Below are positions 27,759 to 37,474 of a DNA stretch of 64,000 nt, in pieces. Source of the DNA: Candidatus Staskawiczbacteria bacterium (GTDB lineage Bacteria > Patescibacteriota > Minisyncoccia > Minisyncoccales > Staskawiczbacteraceae). How positions within the stretch are numbered: the first letter of the stretch is position 1; every line of letters begins with the position of its first letter. Position numbers and translations under genes: made by a program. Under the pieces are notes generated by a model. It was not told the DNA's origin. It worked only from the letters and a program-made list of their open reading frames with translations, and ran no database searches. Where the stretch lies: positions 55 through 64,054 of the forward strand of contig CAISIO010000020.1 in the NCBI GenBank assembly GCA_903885445.1. The letters run 5' to 3'.

Positions 27759-30700
27759 ATGATTAAAAATAAAAAATATTTTTCGTTATTTTTGGTAGGA
27801 GGTTTTTTTGTGCTGGCGAGTTTTCTATTTGGAGCAGGGGAAGTCCGCGCAACTGGCACTCTGACCCAGATTACCGCAACGCCTTCAACTGTAAAGGCTG
27901 GAGTTAATAGCAACTATACAATCAGTTTTGTGACTGAGACCAATATCGCAGCCGGAGGAAAAATCCTAATTCAGTTTCCAGCCGGATTCGATGTGAATGG
28001 GTCTGACAATTTGTTAAATTATACGGATATCGATCTATCCGACGATTCGACGGATTATGCGCTAGGATCATCGGCATCTGGGTCTACCTGGGGGGCATCT
28101 GTATCCGGCCAAGTGGTTACAATTACTTCTGGCACAGGGACGATTGACGGCGGATCGGTTGTGGTGGTAGAAATTGGACTGAATGCCACCTCCGGTGTTG
28201 CAGGAGATAAGCAAATAGTTAACACAAACACAGTTGCAAATAACTACCAGCTGACAATAACAACTAAAAATTCTTCAAATGTTATTTTAGACGGACCAAC
28301 GGGAACAATATATTTTCAAATTTTTGCTTCTAATTCTGAAACTAATATCGACGGAGTGTATTATCTTAGAGACGACGCTTATACTCATTATCAAAATAAT
28401 GGCGACACTGGCGCCGCCGGACTAGTTATCGGGACCTTATCAAGATCAGCCCCCGCATCCAGTGAAATTATAAGCGGATACTCTGGCAACTATACAGATT
28501 TTTACTTTAATGAAAACGGCACTTATACCCAGACAAACCAGCTGACCAATATTTATTATCATGTTTGGTGGGAGGCTAATAATAACCAAGGAACATTGGG
28601 TTACGATAAGACTGGCTATCATAGTTTTGGTAACGTTACCACAGAAAATTTCGCGACGGATGTTACTAATTCTCCAAATAAAGTTGGAGAATATTATCTT
28701 TATGCCGGCAAGCAAAACCTTGCCTCCCCTCAATCTATTTTTGGGAATGCTATTTATAATTTGGGGATAAAGTTCACGAGTTGGAGCCAATATCCAAATG
28801 TCATCTCTTATGCAAATCAGGCTTCTTTCATTATAGTCAATCTTCCCGATGACGCTACTCTTCGAGCTCTTGATTCGGATGGCGATGGATTGTCTGACTA
28901 CGATGAATTATTCACTTATTATACCAATCCATACGGCGCGGATACCGATAGTGATGGATTCAGTGATAAATATGAAGTTGATAATAGCTTGGATCCAGTT
29001 GATCCAGAGGTCGTGCCAGTTTTCGGTAAACCGTTACTGAAACAATATAGCGGTGAAGCGGGGTCAAGCGATTTGTTTAATGAATTTGGTACTTCTGTCT
29101 CAACAATTTCCGACATAGACGGAGACGGGAAGGAAGATGTTTTGGTTGGTAGCGGAGGGGATGGATATGAGCACCCCGGCTATGCATATATTTATTCCTC
29201 TGGCACAGGAAACGTAATTAAGAAATACGAAGGAAGTAAGGACTATTATTTGTATGACGGCGATGAGAATTATGACGGTTTTGGTTATTCTATATCATCG
29301 ATAGGAGATGTGGATGGAGATGGCAAGGATGATGTTTTGGTGGGGGCGCCTTATGCTGGCGTTGTGACACCTAATGATGGGGACGGCATCGTTTATATTT
29401 ATTCCTCTGGCACAGGAGATCTAATCAGACAATATGATGGCACAGCAGACGGGGGTTATTTTGGTTCTTCTGTCGCATCGATATCCGACATGGACGGAGA
29501 CGGGAAGGATGATGTTGTGATTGGGGCCTATGCTGCTAATTCAGGGGATGGCGCAGTCTATATTTACTCTTCCGGCACGGGGAGTCTTATAAAACAATTT
29601 AATCCGGAAGAAGCAAGCGCCGGTTGGTTTGGTTCTTCTATTGCGTCGATACTAGATATTGACGGAGACGGGAAGGAAGATGTTGTAATAGGCGCAAAAA
29701 GAGCAAGTCCTGGCGGGAAATATGACGCTGGTTCTGTTTATATTTATTCTTCCGGCACGGGTAATTTAATTAAACAGTATAACGGAGGAGTCGCCGGTGA
29801 CTATTTTGGTACTTCTGTCTCAACAATTTCCGACATAGACGGAGACGGGAAGGAAGATGTTTTAGTGGGAGACCCTGGCGACACCTATCCCGTGGTGGGT
29901 TCTGTTTATATTTACTCTTCCGGCACGGGTAATTTAATTAAACAGTATAATGGCGCAGTAGTATGGGATTATTTTGGTCATTCTGTCTCTTCTATTTCAG
30001 ATGTAGATGGAGATGGCAAAGATGACGTTGTGGTGGGGGCGTTTGGGGCCGATTTAGGTATTCATCAAAATGCTGGCGCAGTCTATATTTACTCTTCCGG
30101 CACGGGGAGTCTTATAAAACAATATAATGGCACACTAAATGACAATGGCTATTCTAGCCGTTTTGGCGTTTCGGTGTCTTCAATAGGAGATGTGGATGGA
30201 GATGGCAAAGATGACGTTGTGATTGGAGCTCCTTATTACCAAATAAGCGGCGTCGATCGTGGCTCGGTTTATATATATTCATCTGTTGGTAATATACCCC
30301 CTCAATCTTGGTCCAAAGGCTCCACTAAAGCCAACGTATTTGATCTAGACGACTATTTCATAGACTCCAACAACTCCACTATTCCAGCCAGAAACCAGAC
30401 GGTAATATATACGGCATCCGCGTCAGACAACGAAATTGATGTATCCATCGGCGTAGACAACAAGGTCTCTTTTTCTGTCAGCCCCGGTTGGTCAGGCGGA
30501 ACGGAGTCGGTAACATTCACCGCCACAGATTCCACTGGCCTGTCTTCTGCTTCCAATCCCGTCCAGCTCACTGTGATTCCTTCCCCCTCTAGCGGAGGAG
30601 GAAGCAGTTATACTCCATCCCCTTCATCGGCCCTGGCTCCAACTCCAACTTCCGAACCATCTTTAATCGTAATTTCTGTCCCTGTCACCGTCGTAGTTTC

Positions 30701-30806
30701 CGCTCCGGCTCCTCAAACCGTCGCGCAAATCAAATCCCAGCTCATCAGCTTGATTACCCAGGTCATACAAATACTCACACAGAGGATTGGAGAGATGGGG
30801 AAATAA
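27759..30806 (+). CDS. Large secreted FG-GAP (integrin-alpha-like) repeat protein
   Basis: Signal/anchor sequence. Thrombospondin-type Ca-binding DxDxDGxxDxxE stretch (DSDGDGLSDYDE, DTDSDGFSDKYE). About 8 repeats of FG.S(V/I)..I.D(I/V)DGDGK(E/D)DV(L/V)(V/I)G alternate with VYIYSSGTG.LIKQYNG. The tail is Ser/Pro-rich. Confidence 0.85.
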   Translation: MIKNKKYFSLFLVGGFFVLASFLFGAGEVRATGTLTQITATPSTVKAGVNSNYTISFVTETNIAAGGKILIQFPAGFDVNGSDNLLNYTDIDLSDDSTDYALGSSASGSTWGASVSGQVVTITSGTGTIDGGSVVVVEIGLNATSGVAGDKQIVNTNTVANNYQLTITTKNSSNVILDGPTGTIYFQIFASNSETNIDGVYYLRDDAYTHYQNNGDTGAAGLVIGTLSRSAPASSEIISGYSGNYTDFYFNENGTYTQTNQLTNIYYHVWWEANNNQGTLGYDKTGYHSFGNVTTENFATDVTNSPNKVGEYYLYAGKQNLASPQSIFGNAIYNLGIKFTSWSQYPNVISYANQASFIIVNLPDDATLRALDSDGDGLSDYDELFTYYTNPYGADTDSDGFSDKYEVDNSLDPVDPEVVPVFGKPLLKQYSGEAGSSDLFNEFGTSVSTISDIDGDGKEDVLVGSGGDGYEHPGYAYIYSSGTGNVIKKYEGSKDYYLYDGDENYDGFGYSISSIGDVDGDGKDDVLVGAPYAGVVTPNDGDGIVYIYSSGTGDLIRQYDGTADGGYFGSSVASISDMDGDGKDDVVIGAYAANSGDGAVYIYSSGTGSLIKQFNPEEASAGWFGSSIASILDIDGDGKEDVVIGAKRASPGGKYDAGSVYIYSSGTGNLIKQYNGGVAGDYFGTSVSTISDIDGDGKEDVLVGDPGDTYPVVGSVYIYSSGTGNLIKQYNGAVVWDYFGHSVSSISDVDGDGKDDVVVGAFGADLGIHQNAGAVYIYSSGTGSLIKQYNGTLNDNGYSSRFGVSVSSIGDVDGDGKDDVVIGAPYYQISGVDRGSVYIYSSVGNIPPQSWSKGSTKANVFDLDDYFIDSNNSTIPARNQTVIYTASASDNEIDVSIGVDNKVSFSVSPGWSGGTESVTFTATDSTGLSSASNPVQLTVIPSPSSGGGSSYTPSPSSALAPTPTSEPSLIVISVPVTVVVSAPAPQTVAQIKSQLISLITQVIQILTQRIGEMGK

Positions 30807-30812
30807 TTTAAT

Positions 30813-31277
30813 ATGGTGAAAGAATTTTACGTGATTTGTGACAATATACGGAGTTTGGAAAACATCGGGTCTATATTTAGGACATCAGACGCGCTCGGAG
30901 TTGCAAAAATTTATCTTTGCGGAATTTCGGGAAAACCGCCGCATCATAAGATTTCAAAAACCGCGCTGGGAGCCGAAGAAACGGTTTCGTTTGAATACTG
31001 TAAACAAATAGGCAGATTGATTGATAAATTAAAAAGGGATAAAATAGAAATAGTTGCGCTAGAGCAAGCAGAAAACGCAATATCGTATAAGAAGTTTAAT
31101 TCGGAATTTCCACTGGCGCTGATATTGGGGAATGAAGTAAAAGGAATTTCTAAAAAAATATTACAGAAATCAGATAAGATAATATTTTTGCCCATGCGTG
31201 GCAAGAAGGAATCATTAAACGTTTCAGTAGCATTCGGGGTCGCAGGCTATTATATAGTAAATAATAAAAATAATTAA
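30813..31277 (+). CDS. TrmH/SpoU family RNA 2'-O-methyltransferase
   Basis: NIGSIFRTSDALGV, ALILGNEVKGIS and SLNVSVAFGV motifs. Confidence 0.8.
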   Translation: MVKEFYVICDNIRSLENIGSIFRTSDALGVAKIYLCGISGKPPHHKISKTALGAEETVSFEYCKQIGRLIDKLKRDKIEIVALEQAENAISYKKFNSEFPLALILGNEVKGISKKILQKSDKIIFLPMRGKKESLNVSVAFGVAGYYIVNNKNN

Positions 31278-31289
31278 TAAATAAAAAAC

Positions 31290-31511
31290 ATGCAAGATTT
31301 TAACCAGTATATAAATATATTAGGCGCGACAAATTTTTCTTTAGTTTTCGTCGTTATATTAATTTGGTCTGCTATATGGAAGGGGATTGCTCTTTGGAAA
31401 GCCGCAAGAAACGGAAGCAAGCCATGGTTTGTTGTTCTTTTGGTGCTTAACACATTGGGAATTTTGGAGATAATTTATATTTTTGTTGTTAGCAAGAAAA
31501 AAAACCAATAA
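31290..31511 (+). CDS. Small two-TM membrane protein (DUF5652-like)
   Basis: 73 aa. IWKGIALWKAARNGSKPWFVVLLVLNTLGILEIIY is typical of a small-protein family common in CPR genomes. Confidence 0.55.
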   Translation: MQDFNQYINILGATNFSLVFVVILIWSAIWKGIALWKAARNGSKPWFVVLLVLNTLGILEIIYIFVVSKKKNQ

Positions 31512-31529
31512 AATATCTAGAACGCAAGC

Positions 31530-32459
31530 ATGGATATAATACAAATTTTAATTGTAATATTCGGGCTTTGTCTTTTTGAAATTATTTCCAGCGTTGATAA
31601 CGCAATCATAAATGCTCACGTCTTAAAGACCTTACCCGAAAAGTTTAGGAAGTTTTTTCTGTTTTGGGGCTTGCTTATAGCAGTTTTCGCGGTGAGGGGA
31701 GTTTTACCGTTCTTGATTGTTTGGCTGGCAAATCCTGCTTTTTCTTTTTCGCAGGTAATAGGTTTTGTTTTTCATCCGACGCCGGAGATAGAAGGTTACG
31801 TGGAAAAATCCCAGGCGCTTTTGCTCTTAGCCGGCGGAGTATATTTATTCTTTGTATTTTTGGGCTGGCTATTTTTGGAAGAAAAGAAATACGCATTTTT
31901 GGTTGAGGAGTTTGTTCATAAACAGTCGGTTTGGTTTTACGCGACAGCATCCTTATTTATCACAGCAGTTGTTTATTATTCCATAAAAGTAAATCCCATT
32001 TTAGCTTTATCTGCGGTAATCGGGTCAACCGCGTTTTTTATTACAGACGGCTTTAAAAAGAACGCGGAGGAAAAAGAAAAACAGCTATTAACCGGCAACA
32101 TGTCTTCGTGGAGCAAGATTTTATACTTAGAAGTTTTAGACGCCACCTTTTCAATTGACGGCGTTATTGGAGCATTCGCTTTTACAATTTCAATTCCTTT
32201 GATATTTTTGGGAAACGGTTTGGGCGCCTTGGTGGTGAGGGAGATGACCGTGAGGGGAGTGGATATTATTTCAAAATTTGCTTACTTAAAAAACGGAGCG
32301 ATGTATTCCATTGGAGTTTTAGGCGGGATAATGGTATTGGAAGCCTTTGGGAAAGATTTTCCTTTTTGGCTGGCTCCGCTAAACACGGTTTTGCTTTTGG
32401 CGATATTTATGGGACTTTCTATCAGAGAATTGAAGCTGGCAGCAAAGAAAAATAAGTAA
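31530..32459 (+). CDS. DUF475/TerC-like integral membrane protein
   Basis: The N-terminal EIISSVDNAIINAHVL motif is repeated later as EVLDATFSIDGVIGAFA. Confidence 0.65.
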   Translation: MDIIQILIVIFGLCLFEIISSVDNAIINAHVLKTLPEKFRKFFLFWGLLIAVFAVRGVLPFLIVWLANPAFSFSQVIGFVFHPTPEIEGYVEKSQALLLLAGGVYLFFVFLGWLFLEEKKYAFLVEEFVHKQSVWFYATASLFITAVVYYSIKVNPILALSAVIGSTAFFITDGFKKNAEEKEKQLLTGNMSSWSKILYLEVLDATFSIDGVIGAFAFTISIPLIFLGNGLGALVVREMTVRGVDIISKFAYLKNGAMYSIGVLGGIMVLEAFGKDFPFWLAPLNTVLLLAIFMGLSIRELKLAAKKNK

Positions 32460-32582
32460 ATATTTCGTGAAAAATAGCTTTTAAACCCGGCGAGAGCCGG
32501 TTTTTGGTGTTTTTTTTGCAATCGCCATAGGGCAAAGAGGGATCCATAAATCCCTATTTTTGTTTGTTTTGCCTCCGGCATA

Positions 32583-32636
32583 TTGACATATCCTTTCGTG
32601 TGTAATAAGATGAATCAATACGGACTAATTTAGTCC
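32583..32636 (+). promoter_or_regulatory. Promoter plus 15-bp palindromic operator upstream of the Rrf2 regulator
   Basis: TTGACA at 32583-32588. A perfect 7-1-7 palindrome GGACTAATTTAGTCC lies at 32622-32636, 41 nt upstream of the regulator ATG. Confidence 0.5.
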
Positions 32637-32677
32637 TCATTGTAATAAAAAGCGTGGCTTATATGATTTTATAGAAA

Positions 32678-33061
32678 ATGAAAATATCTAAAAGGGCGGA
32701 GTATGGGCTGACAGCAATGGTCCACTTGACCCGCAGCAAAAAAAATAAAGCGGTTTCCATAAGGCAGATCTCTAATATAGAAGGAGTGCCTTTTGCTTTT
32801 CTCAGTAAGATTTTTATGGATTTGGAAAAAGGGAAATTGGTTTCTGCAAGCTATGGCGCAAATGGAGGATATATTTTGGCCAGAAAGCCCGAAAAAATTT
32901 CTGTAATGGATATCGTAAAATTGCTTGAAAATATGAATACTGTTAACTGCGGTGCTTGCGTAAAATCAAAAAAGTGTCTTACTAAAAATGTTTGGGGAAG
33001 AGTTGATCAAGCGGTTAACAAAACTTTATGTTCAATAACATTGGCAGATTTAATTAAATAA
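32678..33061 (+). CDS. Rrf2 family transcriptional regulator (IscR-like)
   Basis: MKISKRAEYGLTAMVHL N-terminus with a winged helix. A C-terminal Cys trio (CGACVKSKKC) resembles Fe-S ligands. Confidence 0.8.
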   Translation: MKISKRAEYGLTAMVHLTRSKKNKAVSIRQISNIEGVPFAFLSKIFMDLEKGKLVSASYGANGGYILARKPEKISVMDIVKLLENMNTVNCGACVKSKKCLTKNVWGRVDQAVNKTLCSITLADLIK

Positions 33062-33062
33062 A

Positions 33063-34238
33063 ATGAAAAGAATTTATTTAGATTACGCGGCCACAACTCC
33101 TGTTGATCCGCGAGTTGTAAAAGTGATGCAGGAGTTTTTGTACCCCTCTGGGCACAGGCCTGAAAACTTTGGCAACACAATGTCTTTGCACTCTTTTGGA
33201 CAGGAGGCAAAATTTGCTTTGGACCAATCAAGGCAGGTTTTGGCTAGTTTAATTAATGCCGACCCGAACGAAATAATTTTTACAGGTTCTGCAACCGAAA
33301 GCAATAATTTGGCGCTTAAGGGAATTGCTTTTGCCAATAAATCAAAAGGGAATCACGTAATTATTTCTTCTATAGAACATCCGTGTATTATGGAATCGGC
33401 TAAGTGGCTGGCAAAAAATGGTTTTGAAATAACAAAATTGCCGGTTAATAAATTTGGTTTGGTAAATCCCGAAGATGTAAAAAAATCCATAACTCCAAAA
33501 ACAATTTTAGTCTCTATAATGCACGCTTCAAATGAAATTGGCACAATTGAGCCTGTTTCTGAAATTGGCAAGATCTGCCGCGAAAAAGGAGTTTATTTCC
33601 ATACAGATGCCGTACAATCTTTTGGTAAAATTCCAATTGACGTGAAAAAAATGAATATTGATTTATTGACTGCCAGTTCACACAAGATGTACGGGCCCAA
33701 GGGCGTGGCTCTCTTCTATATAAGAGGCGGGGTCAAAATTGAGCCTATTTTACACGGAGGCGGACAGGAAAATGGGCTGAGGAGTTCAACTGTAAATGTT
33801 CCGGCAATTGTTGGTTTTGCAAAAGCAGCTGAAATTTGCAGGAAAGAAATGAAGCAAGAATCAGCGCGAATCTCAAAGCTAAGAGACAAATTAATAAAAG
33901 CAGTTTTGAAAATAAAAGGTTCTCACTTAAACGGCCATCCAAAAAAACGTTTGCCTAATAATGCGAATTTCCGTTTTGATTTTATAGAGGGTGAGTCGCT
34001 ACTTATGAGATTGGATTTGGAAGGAATTGCATGCTCTACGGGGTCTGCGTGTTCGTCTATTAAGCTGGAGCCAAGCTATGTTTTGCTGGCGATTGGGTTA
34101 AAGCACGAGCAAGCTCACGGCTCTTTGCGCGTTTCGTTGGGAAGATGGACCACGGAAAAAGAAATAAATAAATTAATAAAAGTTCTGCCTGAAATTGTAA
34201 AACAAATAAGGCAAATTTCACCATATGGCAAAAAATAA
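33063..34238 (+). CDS. Cysteine desulfurase (NifS/IscS type)
   Basis: PLP lysine motif SSHKMYGPKG and catalytic loop STGSACSS. Confidence 0.9.
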   Translation: MKRIYLDYAATTPVDPRVVKVMQEFLYPSGHRPENFGNTMSLHSFGQEAKFALDQSRQVLASLINADPNEIIFTGSATESNNLALKGIAFANKSKGNHVIISSIEHPCIMESAKWLAKNGFEITKLPVNKFGLVNPEDVKKSITPKTILVSIMHASNEIGTIEPVSEIGKICREKGVYFHTDAVQSFGKIPIDVKKMNIDLLTASSHKMYGPKGVALFYIRGGVKIEPILHGGGQENGLRSSTVNVPAIVGFAKAAEICRKEMKQESARISKLRDKLIKAVLKIKGSHLNGHPKKRLPNNANFRFDFIEGESLLMRLDLEGIACSTGSACSSIKLEPSYVLLAIGLKHEQAHGSLRVSLGRWTTEKEINKLIKVLPEIVKQIRQISPYGKK

Positions 34239-34635
34239 TAAGATTTGTGGCGGTCTTTATACTGAAAAAGTTATGGAGACATTTAAAAATCCTCATAACT
34301 ACGGCAGGATTAAAAACGCCGACGGAATTGGAAAGGTCGGCAATCCGGTTTGCGGAGATGTGATGTGGCTTTATATTAAAGTGGCCCAAAATAAAAAGAA
34401 AGAAGATTTTATAAAGGATATAAAGTTCGAGACTTTCGGTTGCGTGGCGGCAATTTCCACCAGTTCCATTATTACAGACTTAGTAAAAGGAAAAACAATT
34501 AAAGATGCGTTGAAAGTCACAAAGGATAACATAGTGGAATCTCTTGGGGGATTGCCTAAAATAAAATATCATTGTTCTGTCTTGGCGGTTGACGCGCTAA
34601 AAGAAGCAATTAAAGATTACAATGCCAAAAAGTAA
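34225..34635 (+). CDS. Fe-S cluster assembly scaffold (IscU/NifU N-terminal type)
   Basis: Three conserved Cys contexts: GNPVCGD, FGCVAAI and YHCS. Confidence 0.88.
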   Translation: MAKNNKICGGLYTEKVMETFKNPHNYGRIKNADGIGKVGNPVCGDVMWLYIKVAQNKKKEDFIKDIKFETFGCVAAISTSSIITDLVKGKTIKDALKVTKDNIVESLGGLPKIKYHCSVLAVDALKEAIKDYNAKK

Positions 34636-35731
34636 GCCGAAAATTGTTGTAGGGATGTCGGGAGGAGTGGATTCGAGCGTGGCTGCGGTACTGTTAAAGC
34701 AGGCCGGTTTTGATGTGATTGGAATATTTATGAAGTTTTGGAAAGACGGAAAAAGCTCGGATAACAGATGTTGCTCTGTAGAATCGGAAAAGTTAGCTAG
34801 ATTGGTTGCCAAAGAAATTGGCATTCCATTTTATGTGTTAAACGTGGAAAAAGAATTTAAGAAAAAAGTTGTTGATTATTTCTTGGCGGAATACAAAAAG
34901 GGTAACACTCCAAACCCTTGCGTGGTTTGCAATAAAGAGATTAAGTTCGGATTTTTAATTACAAAAGCGCTTTCGTTGGGAGCGGATTTTGTGGCAACCG
35001 GCCACTACGCGCGCACTTCGCTCGGCAACGAAATTTTTTCTCGTCTCAACCCGTCTGCGGACGGTGCCCATTCACCTCGAAAAAATTTGTTGCCTCGCTT
35101 ACTAAAAGGGGCTGATAAAGAAAAAGATCAGTCGTATTTTTTATGGCAATTAAGCCAGAATCAGCTAAAACATGTTTTGTTTCCGGTTGGAGAATATACA
35201 AAGCCGGAGGTCAGAAAATTGGCAAAGAAGTTTAAATTACCTACGGCAGAAACTCCCGAGTCACAGGAAGTTTGTTTTGTGCAAGACACAACAAATAATT
35301 TTCTAAATAAATATTTAAAAACAAAATCAGGAAATATTAACGATGTAAACGGAAAAGCTTTGGGCAAGCATAATGGTTTGTGGTTTTATACAATTGGTCA
35401 GAGAAGGGGAATCGAGCTCCAACAGGGGCCTTGGTATGTAGTTGATAAAGATTTCAAAAAGAATGCTTTGGTTGTTTCTAAAAATAAAAAAGATTTGGGC
35501 AAAAAAGAATTATTAGCCGGTGAAGTTAGCTGGACTGTCCCACAAAAATTACCGATAAACGCGGAGGTTAAAATAAGATATAAAAGCGAATCAGCAAAAG
35601 CCAAAATTACCAAACTAGCTGGCAATAAAGTAAAAATTATTTTCTCAAAAAGTCAGCGCGCCATAACTCCCGGCCAGTCAGCAGTATTTTACAAAGGAAA
35701 GGAACTACTGGGCGGAGGCATTATTAAATAG
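34622..35731 (+). CDS. mnmA: tRNA 2-thiouridine(34) synthase MnmA
   Basis: PP-loop GMSGGVDSS, NPCVVCN, ATGHYAR and KDQSYFL motifs. A ~17-19 residue surplus lies between GHYAR and LLKG, coincident with repeat copy C. Confidence 0.9.
   Translation: MPKSKPKIVVGMSGGVDSSVAAVLLKQAGFDVIGIFMKFWKDGKSSDNRCCSVESEKLARLVAKEIGIPFYVLNVEKEFKKKVVDYFLAEYKKGNTPNPCVVCNKEIKFGFLITKALSLGADFVATGHYARTSLGNEIFSRLNPSADGAHSPRKNLLPRLLKGADKEKDQSYFLWQLSQNQLKHVLFPVGEYTKPEVRKLAKKFKLPTAETPESQEVCFVQDTTNNFLNKYLKTKSGNINDVNGKALGKHNGLWFYTIGQRRGIELQQGPWYVVDKDFKKNALVVSKNKKDLGKKELLAGEVSWTVPQKLPINAEVKIRYKSESAKAKITKLAGNKVKIIFSKSQRAITPGQSAVFYKGKELLGGGIIK
35018..35099. repeat. Diverged copy C of the palindromic repeat, in-frame inside mnmA
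   Basis: CGCTCGGCAACGAAATTTTTTCTCG....CCTCGAAAAAATTTGTTGCCTCGCT shares both arms with copies A and B (CGCTCGCCAAA..AATTTTTT / CCTCGAAAAA(A)TTATTTGGCTCGCT). Its core differs and contains its own hairpin, CCGTC-TGCG-GACGG. Confidence 0.55.
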
Positions 35732-35738
35732 AGAGGTA

Positions 35739-35784
35739 TTGACACGCCTTTTTATTTTGGTATGATGTACCTGGGGGGTAGGTA
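35739..35784 (+). promoter_or_regulatory. Promoter plus CsoR-type operator
   Basis: TTGACA (35739-35744), 16 nt spacer, TGgTATGAT (35758-35766). It is followed immediately by TACCTGGGGGGTAGGTA (35768-35784), a G-tract-centred inverted repeat like known CsoR boxes. Confidence 0.6.
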
Positions 35785-35809
35785 TATAAAAAAATAAAAT
35801 AAAAAATAT

Positions 35810-36082
35810 ATGATAAAGAATAGAGAGAAGGTATTGATAGGTTTTAAAAAAGCGCAAAGTTTAATTTCTAAAATAGTGGAGATGGTTGACGGCGGGGAAT
35901 ATTGTATTGATATTATGCAACAAAATTTGGCCGTTATCGGGCTTTTACGCTCGGCGCACGAAATGCTGATGGAAAACCATTTGAATTCTTGTTTTAAGAA
36001 CGCAATGGCATCTAAGAACGAAAAGAAGAAACAAGAGATGACAGACGAAATTTTAAAAGTAACTAAATTATTCAACAAATAA
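35810..36082 (+). CDS. csoR: Metal-sensing transcriptional repressor, CsoR/RcnR family
   Basis: 90 aa. Family pattern RL.RI.GQ-like KKAQSLISKIVEMV, with Cys (YCIDI) and His/Cys ligand positions (H..L...H...C). Confidence 0.75.
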   Translation: MIKNREKVLIGFKKAQSLISKIVEMVDGGEYCIDIMQQNLAVIGLLRSAHEMLMENHLNSCFKNAMASKNEKKKQEMTDEILKVTKLFNK

Positions 36083-36086
36083 AATA

Positions 36087-37469
36087 ATGGCTAAAGAACA
36101 TATTTATAAAGTTGAGGGAATGCATTGCGCTTCGTGCGAGATTTTGATTGAGAAAAAACTTTTGGATATTTCCAATATAAAATCGGTTGACGCATCAACC
36201 GGCAAAGGAGAAGTTGTTGTAGAATATGAGGGCGACAGGCCAAATCCAGAAAGACTGAACAAAATTTTCGAGTCCGAAAATTACAAATTTTCGGAACTCG
36301 CCTCGCCGAAGTCTCGCCCGAGTGAGACAAAGGCGGGTTCTCCGCAAAACAAAGCCAATCCGACCCTAGTTGCTTTTGTTATTGCGATTTTTATAATTAT
36401 TGGTTTTCTGTTGTTAGACAGGGCGGGAATTTCAGGATTTTTGAATGTTGGGTCGGAATCTCCGGTGATCGCATTTTTGGGATTTGGGTTTTTGGCTGGA
36501 TTATCCAGTTGCGCTGCCTTGGTCGGCGGAATAGTATTGTCTATGTCAAAGCAGTGGCAGAGTCTTTATTCAAATGAGCAATCCACTTTCAAAAAACTTC
36601 AGCCTCATGTTATGTTTAACGCCGGAAGGGTCATTTCTTTCGCGGTTTTGGGGGCGATTTTAGGATTAATCGGGAGCCGGTTGCAAATTTCATTGCAGTT
36701 TACGTCATTTTTAATTATATTGATTTCTCTTTTAATGATTGCTCTGGGGCTCCAAATGCTGGGAGCGAAGGCGTTTAGGAAGTTTAAAATTGGGCTTCCA
36801 AAATTCGCGACAAGATATATTACCGACGAAAATAATTTCCAGGGGAAATATATGCCGTTTATAATGGGCGGGCTTACTTTCTTCCTGCCCTGCGGATTTA
36901 CAATGACGGCACAAAGCTTGGCTTTATTGTCCGGAAACGCGTTAAGCGGAACGCTGATAATGGGAGCGTTTGCTTTAGGGACAGTCCCGATGCTTTTGTT
37001 TATCGGGCTTTCAAGTGTTAAATTTTCTTCGAAACCTCACTTGGCCGAAAGATTTTCTAAGGTTGCCGGATTTTTGGTTTTGTTCTTTGCTCTATTCAAC
37101 ATTTCGGGCCAGTTAAATGTTTTGGGATTTACGGGTTTTGACTTTTCGCAAGGCATGCCGGCGGCCAGCCAAAGCGGGTTGTCTCCGGTTGTTAATGGAG
37201 AGCAGGTTATTAAGATGATAGCTCATGCGTCAAGCGACGAGCCTAATTATTTTAAAGTAAAAGTCGGAGTTCCTGTAAAATGGGAAATAACCGCTGACGA
37301 GGCGCGCGGTTGTAACAGCGCCATTATTTCAATAGGATTGTTCAACGGACAAATTGCTTTGGCGGCCGGGCAAACTTCGGTAAAGGAATTCACTCCGCAA
37401 AATCTGGGCAAGTACAGGTTTTCCTGCACAATGGGAATGGTAGCAGGAATAATAGAAGTAGTAAATTAA
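36087..37469 (+). CDS. HMA domain, TauE/SafE(DsbD_2)-like membrane domain and cupredoxin-like domain fusion protein
   Basis: N-terminal GMHCASC heavy-metal-associated fold, about 6 TM helices, and a C-terminal beta-domain ending KYRFSCTMGMVAGIIEV. Confidence 0.65.
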   Translation: MAKEHIYKVEGMHCASCEILIEKKLLDISNIKSVDASTGKGEVVVEYEGDRPNPERLNKIFESENYKFSELASPKSRPSETKAGSPQNKANPTLVAFVIAIFIIIGFLLLDRAGISGFLNVGSESPVIAFLGFGFLAGLSSCAALVGGIVLSMSKQWQSLYSNEQSTFKKLQPHVMFNAGRVISFAVLGAILGLIGSRLQISLQFTSFLIILISLLMIALGLQMLGAKAFRKFKIGLPKFATRYITDENNFQGKYMPFIMGGLTFFLPCGFTMTAQSLALLSGNALSGTLIMGAFALGTVPMLLFIGLSSVKFSSKPHLAERFSKVAGFLVLFFALFNISGQLNVLGFTGFDFSQGMPAASQSGLSPVVNGEQVIKMIAHASSDEPNYFKVKVGVPVKWEITADEARGCNSAIISIGLFNGQIALAAGQTSVKEFTPQNLGKYRFSCTMGMVAGIIEVVN

Positions 37470-37474
37470 AAAAC

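Noticed and set aside
35752-36078. 108-aa minus-strand ORF
   Set aside because: It is the antisense shadow of the well-supported csoR-family gene and its promoter.
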